From an uncultured bacterium (lineage in GTDB: Bacteria; Latescibacterota; MWCZ01): a DNA stretch of 48,084 bases. Shown here in pieces: positions 1 through 8,915 of this stretch; within the stretch, counting starts at the first letter, position 1; each line of letters opens with the position of its first letter. Below the pieces are notes generated by a model, which did not search any database, was not told the DNA's origin, and saw only the letters and a program-made list of their open reading frames with translations. The stretch spans positions 95,491 to 143,574 of the forward strand of contig CAZWQW010000001.1 in NCBI GenBank assembly GCA_964635955.1, in the 5' to 3' direction. A program made the translations under genes and the position numbers.

Positions 1-143
1 ATCTCGTTACTCCGTGCGGGACGCTCAATCACTTCCGTAATCCGCTGGATTGACTCTTCCGAACTGAGCATCGGAGAGGCAAAGGTTAACGAGGCAACAA
101 GAACAACGGTGGTTATTCCAGTGACGCGAAACCTGTTTCTCAT
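1..143 (-). CDS. N-terminal fragment of a signal-peptide protein (gene runs off the window start)
   Basis: ATG at 143..141 follows an AGAGGT Shine-Dalgarno-like motif. The translation MRNRFRVTGITTVVLVASLTFASPMLSSEE reads as a signal peptide. Only 47 codons are visible. Confidence 0.35.
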   Translation of the reverse strand, partial: MRNRFRVTGITTVVLVASLTFASPMLSSEESIQRITEVIERPARSNE

Positions 144-198
144 ATTACACTACCTCTGAATCGTTTTCGAAGGCGGTATATTCACACTACCTTTGAAT
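142..198. repeat. Direct repeat ATATT(C)ACACTACCT(C/T)TGAAT, two copies about 36 nt apart
   Basis: Copy 1 (142-161) overlaps the ATG and RBS of the partial minus-strand gene. Copy 2 is at 178-198. They differ by one indel and one mismatch. Confidence 0.6.
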
Positions 199-318
199 AA
201 TACGCAGACATTGACTCAATCGCCATTCGATGGACAAGAAAGGTAAGGTACTACCATCATCCTCGCACCGTACCGCGCACATTCCGATGATCGCGAGCAC
301 CACCATCGCGTTACGACG

Positions 319-975
319 ATGTTTAATCGGATCGCGCACCGATATGACTCGCTCAACCGCATTATGTCTGGCGGTCTCGATCTCCTCTGGCGCCGTCGTG
401 CAGTCCGCACGATTGACCCACGCATACTCCCGCGCGTCATCGATGTTTGCACCGGCACAGGCGATATCGCTCTGACGCTATCGAATCGAGGTCATCGTGT
501 CATCGCGATAGACGCCGCACACGACATGCTCATACACGCAAAAGCGCGTCCGAACGCTACGAAGGTTCTCTGGATTGAAGGCGACGCGGTAACGCTTCCA
601 CTTGCCACTGAGTCTGTCGATGCTCTCACGATTTCCTTTGGGATCCGTAATATCGCTGACCGCGGCGGTGCGCTTCGGGAATTCGCTCGTGTTGTTCGAC
701 CGAACGGTCGTATCGTTGTTCTGGAAGCGCTTTCTCCAACGTCTCGTTCGGTCGGCGCGCTGATGGGGTTGTACGAGTCTCTCGCATTTCCAATTCTGGG
801 ATGGCTGTTCGCTGGAGACCGTCGTGCGTATGAGTATTTGGCACGAAGCATAGCCGGCTTCGGTGATGCCGACGAGTTCCGACAAGATCTCTGCAGCGCA
901 GGTTGGTCGGACGTACGAGTTACGCGATTCGTGGGAGGCAGCATCGGGCTGTTCGTGGCAACACGATCACCTTAG
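319..975 (+). CDS. ubiE: Demethylmenaquinone/ubiquinone C-methyltransferase (UbiE/MenG family)
   Basis: The N-terminus FNRIAHRYDSLNRIMSGGLDLLWRR matches the UbiE signature. SAM motif I is VIDVCTGTGDIA. Size is 218 aa. Confidence 0.85.
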   Translation: MFNRIAHRYDSLNRIMSGGLDLLWRRRAVRTIDPRILPRVIDVCTGTGDIALTLSNRGHRVIAIDAAHDMLIHAKARPNATKVLWIEGDAVTLPLATESVDALTISFGIRNIADRGGALREFARVVRPNGRIVVLEALSPTSRSVGALMGLYESLAFPILGWLFAGDRRAYEYLARSIAGFGDADEFRQDLCSAGWSDVRVTRFVGGSIGLFVATRSP

Positions 976-988
976 CCTGCGTTCGAAG

Positions 989-1924
989 CTACCGACTAAG
1001 TAACTTGCCAAGCACGCGCGCTGCGCGTTCGCGTACGAGTACGTCTGGATCCGTTTCGGCAAGTTCCATGAGTCCCGGAAGGTCATCCGGTGACGCCGAT
1101 TCGGATATCGCTTCCAATCCGAATACCTTGTCTGCCGCGTTACGTGTCATCAGTATATTGAGAAAGCCTGTCGAATCGTACTGGTATCGTTTCGACAGCA
1201 CGTTCTGAATCTGAGCGCTGTATTGTTCCGGTCCGATCCATTTAGCTTGCGCATCGAATATCAGCGCCCACACGCGGTGGTCGTTCCAGTTCTCCAGCAT
1301 TCGCGCGATATCCGCTCGAACGAGCCAATTACTCTCCTCGAGTAGCGTTTCGCTGACGATCTCGTACCACGCATCCGGACGAGGATTTCGCATTCCCGAA
1401 AGCGCGCGGATACGTTCTTTTATAGCAATCGACTTCAACGCGTAATCTCGCATGAGCGTCGTCTGCGTATCGTCGTTCGAAACGCTGAGACGACGTATTG
1501 TAGCGACCGCCTCCGAATCACCAATCCACCCGAGCGCCTGTAACGCCGACAGCCTCTCATCATGCGAACCTGTGCGTACCCATTCCATCAGTACGGGAAC
1601 GCTCTCTGACGAACCGATTTGCCCGAGTAACGTGATAATCTGAGGACGAAGTTCCGCCGACGAGTGCGCACGTTGAGTTAGCGCGATTACGATAAAATGC
1701 AGGTCGCGCGCCGAGTAAAGCTGCCGTTCTGATCGTTCGCGCACGCGGTCGAACGCCGTATCGAATACTTCAGCGTTTCCGTGCATAAGATCGTTCAGAA
1801 GCGGTTGTAAATAATCTGGCGGCAACGATTGTTGTGCATAGACATGAAGAGGCGTCAGGGCAAGGAATCCGAAGAACACCCACATCCACCGTCGGTACCG
1901 TCGCGGCGACGCGAAACGGTTCAT
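989..1924 (-). CDS. Secreted HEAT/PBS-lyase-repeat protein, last gene of the Bat super-operon
   Basis: Signal peptide WMWVFFGFLALTPLHVYAQQ. HEAT-like repeats such as SESVPVLMEWVRTGSHDERLSALQALGWIGDSEAV. Its start overlaps the BatE-like stop by 1 nt. Confidence 0.7.
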   Translation of the reverse strand: MNRFASPRRYRRWMWVFFGFLALTPLHVYAQQSLPPDYLQPLLNDLMHGNAEVFDTAFDRVRERSERQLYSARDLHFIVIALTQRAHSSAELRPQIITLLGQIGSSESVPVLMEWVRTGSHDERLSALQALGWIGDSEAVATIRRLSVSNDDTQTTLMRDYALKSIAIKERIRALSGMRNPRPDAWYEIVSETLLEESNWLVRADIARMLENWNDHRVWALIFDAQAKWIGPEQYSAQIQNVLSKRYQYDSTGFLNILMTRNAADKVFGLEAISESASPDDLPGLMELAETDPDVLVRERAARVLGKLLSR

Positions 1925-2781
1925 TATATCACCTCAATGACGCGACTCGGTATCCAACCACGCATGCCACTCGGGAGTTCGATCAACGTCCAGGAATCTT
2001 CAACTCGCTCAATCCAAACTTTCGTGCCTTCATGGAGCACGAACGCAACTTTTGCGTTTGAACCTGGTTCGAACCGCGCTTCTGCCTCCGCGCTAAGTAC
2101 GATCGCAGCCGCCCCCGTATCGTCTACGATACGTTGAATACCTACGACTCCCAAAGACGTCACAAGCAGAAATCCGGCGACAATCATCGCGAGGACTGTC
2201 TTTCTCGACTTACGTCCACCGTAAACCCACCACGCGCTGACGAAACACACGCCGATGAATCCCGAAGCAAACCCGAGTGCGAGAATATTCGCGCGAATTC
2301 TTCCTACCGCGTCTCGTAACGTGCTGACGAGCTTGAACTCCGCATTCTCATCGGTCACTCGGTCTACGACGAGCAACGACGCGAATTCGAGATTATTCCT
2401 CGCATCTTCGTTCGCCGGATTCAACCGAACTGCACGCTCGTAGTTGAGTATCGATTGCCCCGTACGTCCGAGCCGAAACCACGCATTCGCGAGGTTGTAG
2501 TACACGGCGCTATTTCTCGCACCCAGATCCAACGCTCGCTGATACCATTCCGTCGCTTCGACAAAGTCGCCTCGTCGGTACGAATCGTTTCCGTGGTTGT
2601 AACACGTCGCAGCCGAATCAGCGGCATACCCCGAAGTCGAAACATGCGATCCCGTTTGTACTTGCGCGTGTGTAGAGATGAAACAGCATAGCACTCCCAA
2701 CGCGATCGTGAGAGGCGCTATCATTCGTATTTGGACCAGACTTGTTCCGCGATGCATATACCGGAATACCTCATTTATCAC
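1924..2781 (-). CDS. batE: BatE-like TPR plus C-terminal SH3b membrane protein
   Basis: TPR repeats (GDFVEATEWYQRALDLGARNSAVYYNLANAWFRLGR), a TM segment, and a C-terminal SH3-like region KVWIERVEDSWTLIELPSGMRGWIP. The start is uncertain: GTG 2781, or ATG 2757 or 2724. Confidence 0.75.
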   Translation of the reverse strand: MINEVFRYMHRGTSLVQIRMIAPLTIALGVLCCFISTHAQVQTGSHVSTSGYAADSAATCYNHGNDSYRRGDFVEATEWYQRALDLGARNSAVYYNLANAWFRLGRTGQSILNYERAVRLNPANEDARNNLEFASLLVVDRVTDENAEFKLVSTLRDAVGRIRANILALGFASGFIGVCFVSAWWVYGGRKSRKTVLAMIVAGFLLVTSLGVVGIQRIVDDTGAAAIVLSAEAEARFEPGSNAKVAFVLHEGTKVWIERVEDSWTLIELPSGMRGWIPSRVIEVI

Positions 2782-4597
2782 TGAGATGTTTTACAAGATC
2801 ACTCAAAACGTCACGACCATCAGAGAACACACGTTCCGCTTCTTCTTTAGAAAGCGTCGACGGTGCATATCGCACACGATCAATTGTCGATAGCAACTCA
2901 ACCGTCCGATTGATGAGTTCGTCTGGAACGTTCTTACCCGCGAGCAGGTCGTGAACTTCCCGCGTCGTTATACTCCCTGCGCGAACATTTGAATGTCCTG
3001 CGATAAGCTCCGAAAGCGCTGTACGGACTGCGCCGATCGACTCAGGATAGCTTCCCTGATCAAGTAGGCTGCGCGCGCGCTTCATTCGTCGCCGAGCCTC
3101 GCCTCGCGCTTCGATTGCACGGATTCGCTCTGGATCACGACCAAGACGTTCTCTCCGAACTCGAGCGCCGAGCGCGACGAGAAAAACGACGAATGCGCCG
3201 ATCTGCACGAACCAATATGACATCGAATGCCATAGTGTACGCGATTCATCTGTAAGGACTGCTTGATCGGGCATGATAAAACGAATATCGGTTCCGACTT
3301 GCCGTATTTGCGACTGCGTAAGCGCAAGCGCCTGATGAGCGCCATCTATGTCACGCGGTCGAACAGTGAGATCGTGCCGCTGAGAAACGGCAGTTCGGTA
3401 TTGTTTCGCTATCGGGTCAAAAAACACGAAAGACGCCGACGGGATGCTGACCCGTCCCGAATGAAGCGGTACAAGGATTCTCTCGTACGACCGCACACCG
3501 CCGTACGTCTGCTCCGACGCTTTGATCTCAGTCGTCACTTGGGGATCGTACGCGCGAAATTCGTTTAAGGCTGGTATGCGAATCTCACCAGCGCTCTTAA
3601 TATTCCCCTCGCCTTCAAGAATGACTCGCCACGTTATTGGATCACCTTGTGTGACGGTATCCTGATCGATGGAACTCCGCACCGAATAGCGTCCCACAGC
3701 ACCCTGAAACCCCGATGGTGCACCCGGTGGTAGCGAGCGCACGCGGATGATACGTACGTCTGATCTAACATGGGCCGTTCGTTGATCATATAACGCTTCA
3801 CCCCAGAAGCTTCGCCGGCCCGTCGGAACCGCTATTGTAGCGGAAAACGCCATCTCAGGAATCCGAAGCTCACCGGCCTTCGTCGGAATTAGAGCAACTC
3901 GAAGAATCGGGAGCACTCGCCTGCGTACTCCGTTTTCGACGTGCTCCCGCGACGGGCTTTGGTCCTCGCGCGCGTCAAAAAGCTTCTCCACCCACGCCGA
4001 TGTAAACTCCGGCTCTTGGGTAATCACACGACTCGAGACGCTGACCCCAATCGATTCAACAAGCGAATACTCAACGATTACCGCTTCACCTTGATACACT
4101 GTATCCGCACTTACCGTGACGTTTACTTCGATTTCCGGAGCTTGCTGCCTCTTGCTCTCGGAGGGTGCCGATCCGCCCACCGTAAGAGATATCGGCTGAG
4201 TCTGATAGGTCTTACCCGAGACTTTGACATCGATCGCGGGAATCTGATACTCACCGGGTTCGCGCGGTATGATGTAAAACGTATACGACGTCGTGGCTTT
4301 TTGCGCCGCACGTCCCTGAATGAATTGAAATTCGCGCGATGTCGATGGACCGAACGGACCGCGAATGTCAAGATTCGGCACCGTCGAGATAACAGGGGTT
4401 GCGACATCGTGTCCGCGTTCATCGGTTACAGACAGTGTAAGGGCGGCTTGCTCGCCAACAGACAGCGTGTTGCGATTGACCGTCGCTTCGACTGACGGTT
4501 CGGCGAATACATTGGATCCACAAAACAACATCGCCAGAATCGCAACGATTACGATCTCGCTGTTCCTATTCCGGATATGGTGCGACACGCTCACCAC
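2771..4597 (-). CDS. batD: BatD-family protein (multi-domain, oxygen-tolerance type)
   Basis: 608 aa. It has a signal peptide, repeated beta-rich BatD-type modules, a late TM (WFVQIGAFVVFLVALGA), and a helical tail with the motif LLSTIDRVRYAP. GTG start overlaps the upstream stop. Confidence 0.8.
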   Translation of the reverse strand: MVSVSHHIRNRNSEIVIVAILAMLFCGSNVFAEPSVEATVNRNTLSVGEQAALTLSVTDERGHDVATPVISTVPNLDIRGPFGPSTSREFQFIQGRAAQKATTSYTFYIIPREPGEYQIPAIDVKVSGKTYQTQPISLTVGGSAPSESKRQQAPEIEVNVTVSADTVYQGEAVIVEYSLVESIGVSVSSRVITQEPEFTSAWVEKLFDAREDQSPSREHVENGVRRRVLPILRVALIPTKAGELRIPEMAFSATIAVPTGRRSFWGEALYDQRTAHVRSDVRIIRVRSLPPGAPSGFQGAVGRYSVRSSIDQDTVTQGDPITWRVILEGEGNIKSAGEIRIPALNEFRAYDPQVTTEIKASEQTYGGVRSYERILVPLHSGRVSIPSASFVFFDPIAKQYRTAVSQRHDLTVRPRDIDGAHQALALTQSQIRQVGTDIRFIMPDQAVLTDESRTLWHSMSYWFVQIGAFVVFLVALGARVRRERLGRDPERIRAIEARGEARRRMKRARSLLDQGSYPESIGAVRTALSELIAGHSNVRAGSITTREVHDLLAGKNVPDELINRTVELLSTIDRVRYAPSTLSKEEAERVFSDGRDVLSDLVKHLSDK

Positions 4598-5166
4598 CGT
4601 GGACCTCGCGACCCACCCTGCTTGTGCGGACGAACCTGCGGTGTTTTTTCCTGTGCCTCGAGGGCGTCGAGAAGCCGAATCGCCTCTTCCTGCGTCATTT
4701 CGTCTTCGGAGCGATTCCCAGGCGGCGCGGCTTGCTCGGATTCCCGCTCCTCGGGTTGCTCGATACGGTCGTCTCGCTCTGACGCTTCTTCGTCATCGGG
4801 CTCGTCGCCGGTCTGCTCATCGGTGTCAGGAGGTTGACTCTGTTCATCCTGCTGCTGTTCTTGCTGCTGATCGATGTGTTGTTGACCTTCCTGTCGCTCC
4901 TGCTCTTCTCGCTCTGACCGGCGCCGCTGGATCGCCTCAGCCAGCTGTTGAGCCTCCCGATTGGATGGGTCTTCCGCCAAGGCTTCTGCGAGATGGCGGA
5001 GCGCCAGCTCCTCCGATGCGGAATCGAACTGAATCGCGCTGAACAGCCCAGCGGCATCGACGACCAGCGAATCAGATCGGTTCGTGTCAGCGTACGCTTG
5101 TCCCCACACAAGTAGCAGCACGGTTACACCGTAAGCGACGGAGTGTCTTGTCACGTGGCGTATCAC
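4591..5166 (-). CDS. Membrane-anchored acidic Gln/Glu/Asp-rich low-complexity protein (split BatC-tail-like)
   Basis: N-terminal anchor VAYGVTVLLLVWGQAYA, then about 90 aa of EREEQERQEGQQHIDQQQEQQQDEQSQPPDTDEQTGDEPDDEE, then MTQEEAIRLLDALEAQEK. ATGA overlap with the BatC stop. Confidence 0.7.
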   Translation of the reverse strand: MIRHVTRHSVAYGVTVLLLVWGQAYADTNRSDSLVVDAAGLFSAIQFDSASEELALRHLAEALAEDPSNREAQQLAEAIQRRRSEREEQERQEGQQHIDQQQEQQQDEQSQPPDTDEQTGDEPDDEEASERDDRIEQPEERESEQAAPPGNRSEDEMTQEEAIRLLDALEAQEKTPQVRPHKQGGSRGPRW

Positions 5167-5828
5167 GATCCGCCCTCGAAGATCAACGCAAGATCGCTGA
5201 GTCGCTCGATGAAGTCGCTGTACTCTTCAGCCGCCGCCTGTTCAGCTTCGACAGTCCGACGCATCAGGCGGAAAGCATCTGTATATCGGCGCTGACGAGC
5301 GAGCGCTTCTGCTTCGCGGGCACGTTGCTTCGCCCATTCGCTTACGTTACGTTGCTCCTGTCGTTGTTGACCATATTCTGATGCCGCTTGGTTGAGAAGG
5401 AGTTGAACGATCTCGAGGTTGTGTTTCGCATCCATATCGTTCGGATCGATCTCGAGTGCTCGCTCATAACTCTCCGCTGCTTGTGCGAGTTGTTGTTGCT
5501 TAAACCGTGTATTACCAAGGTTATACAAAGCTTGTGATCGTAAAGCGCTTTGACTCGTGCCGAGTGCTTCGGTAAAAGCCTCCTCGGCTTCGTCGAACTT
5601 TCCGAGTCCGAATAAAGCGCTTCCTATATTCATCGCGATCTGCCTGTCGTTCGGCGCATCGATCTGCGCTTCACGAAACGCCGCGAGCGCTTCGTCGTAC
5701 CGGCCAGATTCGTAGTGTTCGAGACCTTCTCGCACTCGGAGACCCACCGGATCGTACACAGCCTCACACGAGATCAGTCCGCCGGTAACGACGACGACAA
5801 CGAGCGCGAGCCGTACGATGCGACTCAT
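5163..5828 (-). CDS. batC: BatC-like TPR protein
   Basis: Anchor MSRIVRLALVVVVVTGGLISC followed by TPR repeats (YESGRYDEALAAFREAQ, GKFDEAEEAFTEAL, QLAQAAESYERALEIDP). I chose the ATG at 5828 because it gives an ATGA overlap with the batB stop. The track ORF extends to 5906. Confidence 0.75.
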   Translation of the reverse strand: MSRIVRLALVVVVVTGGLISCEAVYDPVGLRVREGLEHYESGRYDEALAAFREAQIDAPNDRQIAMNIGSALFGLGKFDEAEEAFTEALGTSQSALRSQALYNLGNTRFKQQQLAQAAESYERALEIDPNDMDAKHNLEIVQLLLNQAASEYGQQRQEQRNVSEWAKQRAREAEALARQRRYTDAFRLMRRTVEAEQAAAEEYSDFIERLSDLALIFEGGS

Positions 5829-6865
5829 CCTCGGCCTCCCGTGTTGCGTCGCTCCGGTATGAACGGAATGATTACCAGACATATCGCCGCGATGCCGAGT
5901 GGCCACTGGTACCGGTCAACGCGTGTAACAAGCTGCTCTTCCGCTACACGAGCACGTTCCAATTCGTTTATATCGTCGAGAATTCCCTGCAGTTCCCCAC
6001 CTGAACCACCCACTCGAAAGAAGCCACCGTTCGTTTCCGTCGCCACTCTGCGCAACGTCGCATCGTCAAGCCGGGTTTTCACGACGTTTCCCTGATCGTC
6101 TCGTAGATAGTCAGCTCGTCCATCGCGTCGAATCGGTATGAGATCGCCGTCGGGAGAACCGATACCTACCGTGTATATGCGAACCGAGTGCTCCGCTGCT
6201 TTCGATGCGGCACGTAACGCAGCTTCCGTATCGTGCGACTCCCCGTCGGTAAACACGATCATTGCGCGACTACGACCGTCCGCGTCTTCGAAAAACGCTT
6301 TCAGCCCGGTCTCGATTGCGCGTGCCATGTCCGTTCCTTCATCGGGTACGGTGCCGACGTTGATTTCCCGAAGAAACATTCGTATTGCGGAATAATCGAC
6401 GGTGAGCGGACACTGGACAAACGCGGAACCCGCAAACGGAACAAGCGCGACTCGATCACCCGTCAATCGATTTACAAACTGAGAAACCTCGTGCTTTGCC
6501 GCTGCAAGACGGTTCGGCGCGATATCTTCGGCAAGCATCGAAAGCGACGTGTCGAGAAGGATTACCAGATCGAGCCCCTTTGTCTCGACAATCTGCGTAA
6601 CGCTTCCCCATTGCGGTCGTGCCGCGGCGAGCGTAGCCCACGTAACCGCGCATGCGAGAAGCACCGTGCGAAGCCAACGAAAGCCTGCACTCATATTCGA
6701 TGTAAGTTGACCGAGTAATCCCAGATTCCCGAGACGCGCAAGCGACTTCCGGCGACGCAGCTGCGCCCATCCGAGCAACATCGGAAGTACGGGAACGAGC
6801 AAAAGCAACCAGAGCCGCTCGGGCTCTGCCCACATGGTCGTAAGTGTACCGAGGACAGCATTCAT
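5825..6865 (-). CDS. batB: BatB-like VWA-domain membrane protein
   Basis: N-terminal TMs, VWA MIDAS motif DLVILLDTSLSM, and a C-terminal TM. TAATG overlap with the batA stop. Confidence 0.85.
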   Translation of the reverse strand: MNAVLGTLTTMWAEPERLWLLLLVPVLPMLLGWAQLRRRKSLARLGNLGLLGQLTSNMSAGFRWLRTVLLACAVTWATLAAARPQWGSVTQIVETKGLDLVILLDTSLSMLAEDIAPNRLAAAKHEVSQFVNRLTGDRVALVPFAGSAFVQCPLTVDYSAIRMFLREINVGTVPDEGTDMARAIETGLKAFFEDADGRSRAMIVFTDGESHDTEAALRAASKAAEHSVRIYTVGIGSPDGDLIPIRRDGRADYLRDDQGNVVKTRLDDATLRRVATETNGGFFRVGGSGGELQGILDDINELERARVAEEQLVTRVDRYQWPLGIAAICLVIIPFIPERRNTGGRG

Positions 6866-7878
6866 TACGGAGTCGTCCGGAACACCGTTTGCGCAAGTGC
6901 AAACTGCAACACGAGGAAAACAATACCGAGTACTATCAGATGATACGAGAACGTGAGATCCGTGTAGCGCGGAATCTGAACAGTTTCGATCTCCGTACGT
7001 TCGAGTTCATTAATACGCTCGTAGATCTCTGTAAGAGTCGAGACAGAAGTGGCTCGGAAGAACTGCCCTCCCGTAATGCTGGCGATTTCGCGGAGGATTT
7101 CCTCATTGAGCGTGTCTTCCATGAACTCGACTCGCTCACCAAAAAACGGATCGCGTACTCTTATCGGGGCACGTCCGTGAACGCCTACCCCGACAGTATA
7201 GACCTTCACGCCAACTTGCTTCGCCGCCTGAGCTGCTGTTACCGGATCGATGATGCCGGCGTTGTTGCTCCCATCGGTCAGCAGAATAAGCACCTTACTC
7301 TTCGCTTCACTATGGCGAAGACGGTTCGTTGCGGTTGCTATAGCCATACCGATCGCCGTGCCATCAGGGATGGTACTTCCCATGGTAATGGAAACGTTCT
7401 GAAGAAGGACACGTAGGATTCGGTAATCAACAGTCAACGGGCACTGGAGATAGCTTTCACCGGCGAAAACAACCATACCGATACGATCCGCTTTGCGCTC
7501 CATTACGAATCGTTCGACAACCTCTTTCGCTGCGTCGAGGCGTTCTCTGTCACCGAGATCATACGCGCGCATACTCCCCGATACATCGAGGACCAGCATG
7601 ATATCGATACCTTCGCTTACAACACGCTCCAGTACCTCGCCCGATTGCGGTCGTGCAAGGCCAACGATGAGGAACGTTTCTCCAAGGAGAAACAGCGCGA
7701 AGGTAACGTGACGAACCTGAGTACGTACCGACGCGGGTATTGTCCGCGCGAGGTCCGTGCGGGGATAGCGAAGTGCGCCGCAGGAAACGAGATTACCACG
7801 CACGTACCAATAGAGTTGAATCGGTAGCGCAGCAAGCAGAATGAGCCACCACGGACTCACCCAGTGAAACGACGTCAT
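6865..7878 (-). CDS. batA: BatA-like VWA-domain membrane protein
   Basis: WWLILLAALPIQLYWY N-terminal TM, MIDAS motif DIMLVLDVSGSM, LLTDGSNNAG, and a C-terminal TM. Confidence 0.85.
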   Translation of the reverse strand: MTSFHWVSPWWLILLAALPIQLYWYVRGNLVSCGALRYPRTDLARTIPASVRTQVRHVTFALFLLGETFLIVGLARPQSGEVLERVVSEGIDIMLVLDVSGSMRAYDLGDRERLDAAKEVVERFVMERKADRIGMVVFAGESYLQCPLTVDYRILRVLLQNVSITMGSTIPDGTAIGMAIATATNRLRHSEAKSKVLILLTDGSNNAGIIDPVTAAQAAKQVGVKVYTVGVGVHGRAPIRVRDPFFGERVEFMEDTLNEEILREIASITGGQFFRATSVSTLTEIYERINELERTEIETVQIPRYTDLTFSYHLIVLGIVFLVLQFALAQTVFRTTP

Positions 7879-8891
7879 GAGTCTCCCTCCGCCGTTTCAT
7901 CTGGTGTTACCTTAGCGGCTTCTTCGAGCGCTGTCGAAGTTGACAGCGTCCGCGTCGATGTTACAACATCCTTCGCTCGTTCGATGAGCGACCGAACTTC
8001 TTCGTCGTCAGGTATGAACTTCGCGAACTTCACGAGATCGCATCGTTCCAGAAACGCGAGAATTTCGCTTGATTCGTCTGGTGCTACACCGTTATCCAAA
8101 AACGCGAACCGAATCTCATCTACAGTCATTTCCAGAGCGGCAATGCGGTACCGTCGCGACACATACCTTCGCATCTGGTCAGAGACCGCGTCGTAGAATC
8201 CTGCGACGTCATTCCGTGAGAGATATTCGTCGAGTCGTATTCGGTCGAACTCCGCAAGTTCATCGATGACAACGGGGCGTCGATCCACTTTCGTCTTACG
8301 CCGCCTACGAGCGAGCCAAATCAACAGCGCAATGCCCAATGCGACAGCAAACGCTGTCGCGAATATCAGATTGCGAACCCATGGTCGTAATCGGACAGGA
8401 ACACTTTTCGGTGGCTTGAGACCCCGTAGCGAGTCCGCCGCGGTAACGCCGAGACTGACAATCTCTACGGTAAGCGATTGCGTGGTAAGCTCGCCACTGT
8501 CACCGGAAGCTGTCCAGTATCGAACAGGTAAGGGCGGAATGATGTAGGTGCCGGGTTTGAATGCGGTGATCCGATAGCGACCGCCCTGAACGATGGTTCC
8601 ATCGCTCATTTCGCTCGTTGTTGGAACGTAATCGAGAATGCGAAAGGCGTGCAGGTTGATGCCGTGCGGCGGTATGAGGACCGAGTCGTCTTTATTGTGC
8701 ACGACTCGTACTTCGTAGGAAAAGCGATCTCCGACATAGCCGGAGGTCGTGTCGACGGAGGCGGACACCTCGATTCGTGCGACTGCCGGTACGGTCGACG
8801 CAAGGATCGCCCATACGAGTGCGATCCTGCGCACGACCGCGCCTCGTTTCATTCCAACAAACCGCTCATCGACGTACCCCGGTTCGTTCAT
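7875..8891 (-). CDS. BatD/DUF4381-like single-module paralog
   Basis: Signal peptide, one beta-rich BatD-type module, TM plus RRRRKTK stop-transfer, and a helical tail with FLERCDLVKFAKF. The ATG at 8852 is an alternative start. Confidence 0.7.
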   Translation of the reverse strand: MNEPGYVDERFVGMKRGAVVRRIALVWAILASTVPAVARIEVSASVDTTSGYVGDRFSYEVRVVHNKDDSVLIPPHGINLHAFRILDYVPTTSEMSDGTIVQGGRYRITAFKPGTYIIPPLPVRYWTASGDSGELTTQSLTVEIVSLGVTAADSLRGLKPPKSVPVRLRPWVRNLIFATAFAVALGIALLIWLARRRRKTKVDRRPVVIDELAEFDRIRLDEYLSRNDVAGFYDAVSDQMRRYVSRRYRIAALEMTVDEIRFAFLDNGVAPDESSEILAFLERCDLVKFAKFIPDDEEVRSLIERAKDVVTSTRTLSTSTALEEAAKVTPDETAEGDS

Positions 8892-8915
8892 CGTCCGAAA
8901 CTGTACACAGTGACA

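Noticed and set aside
5829-5906. A 26-codon N-terminal extension of BatC overlapping batB by 82 nt.
   Set aside because: The internal ATG at 5828 gives the ATGA stop/start coupling seen elsewhere in the operon and starts at the membrane anchor.
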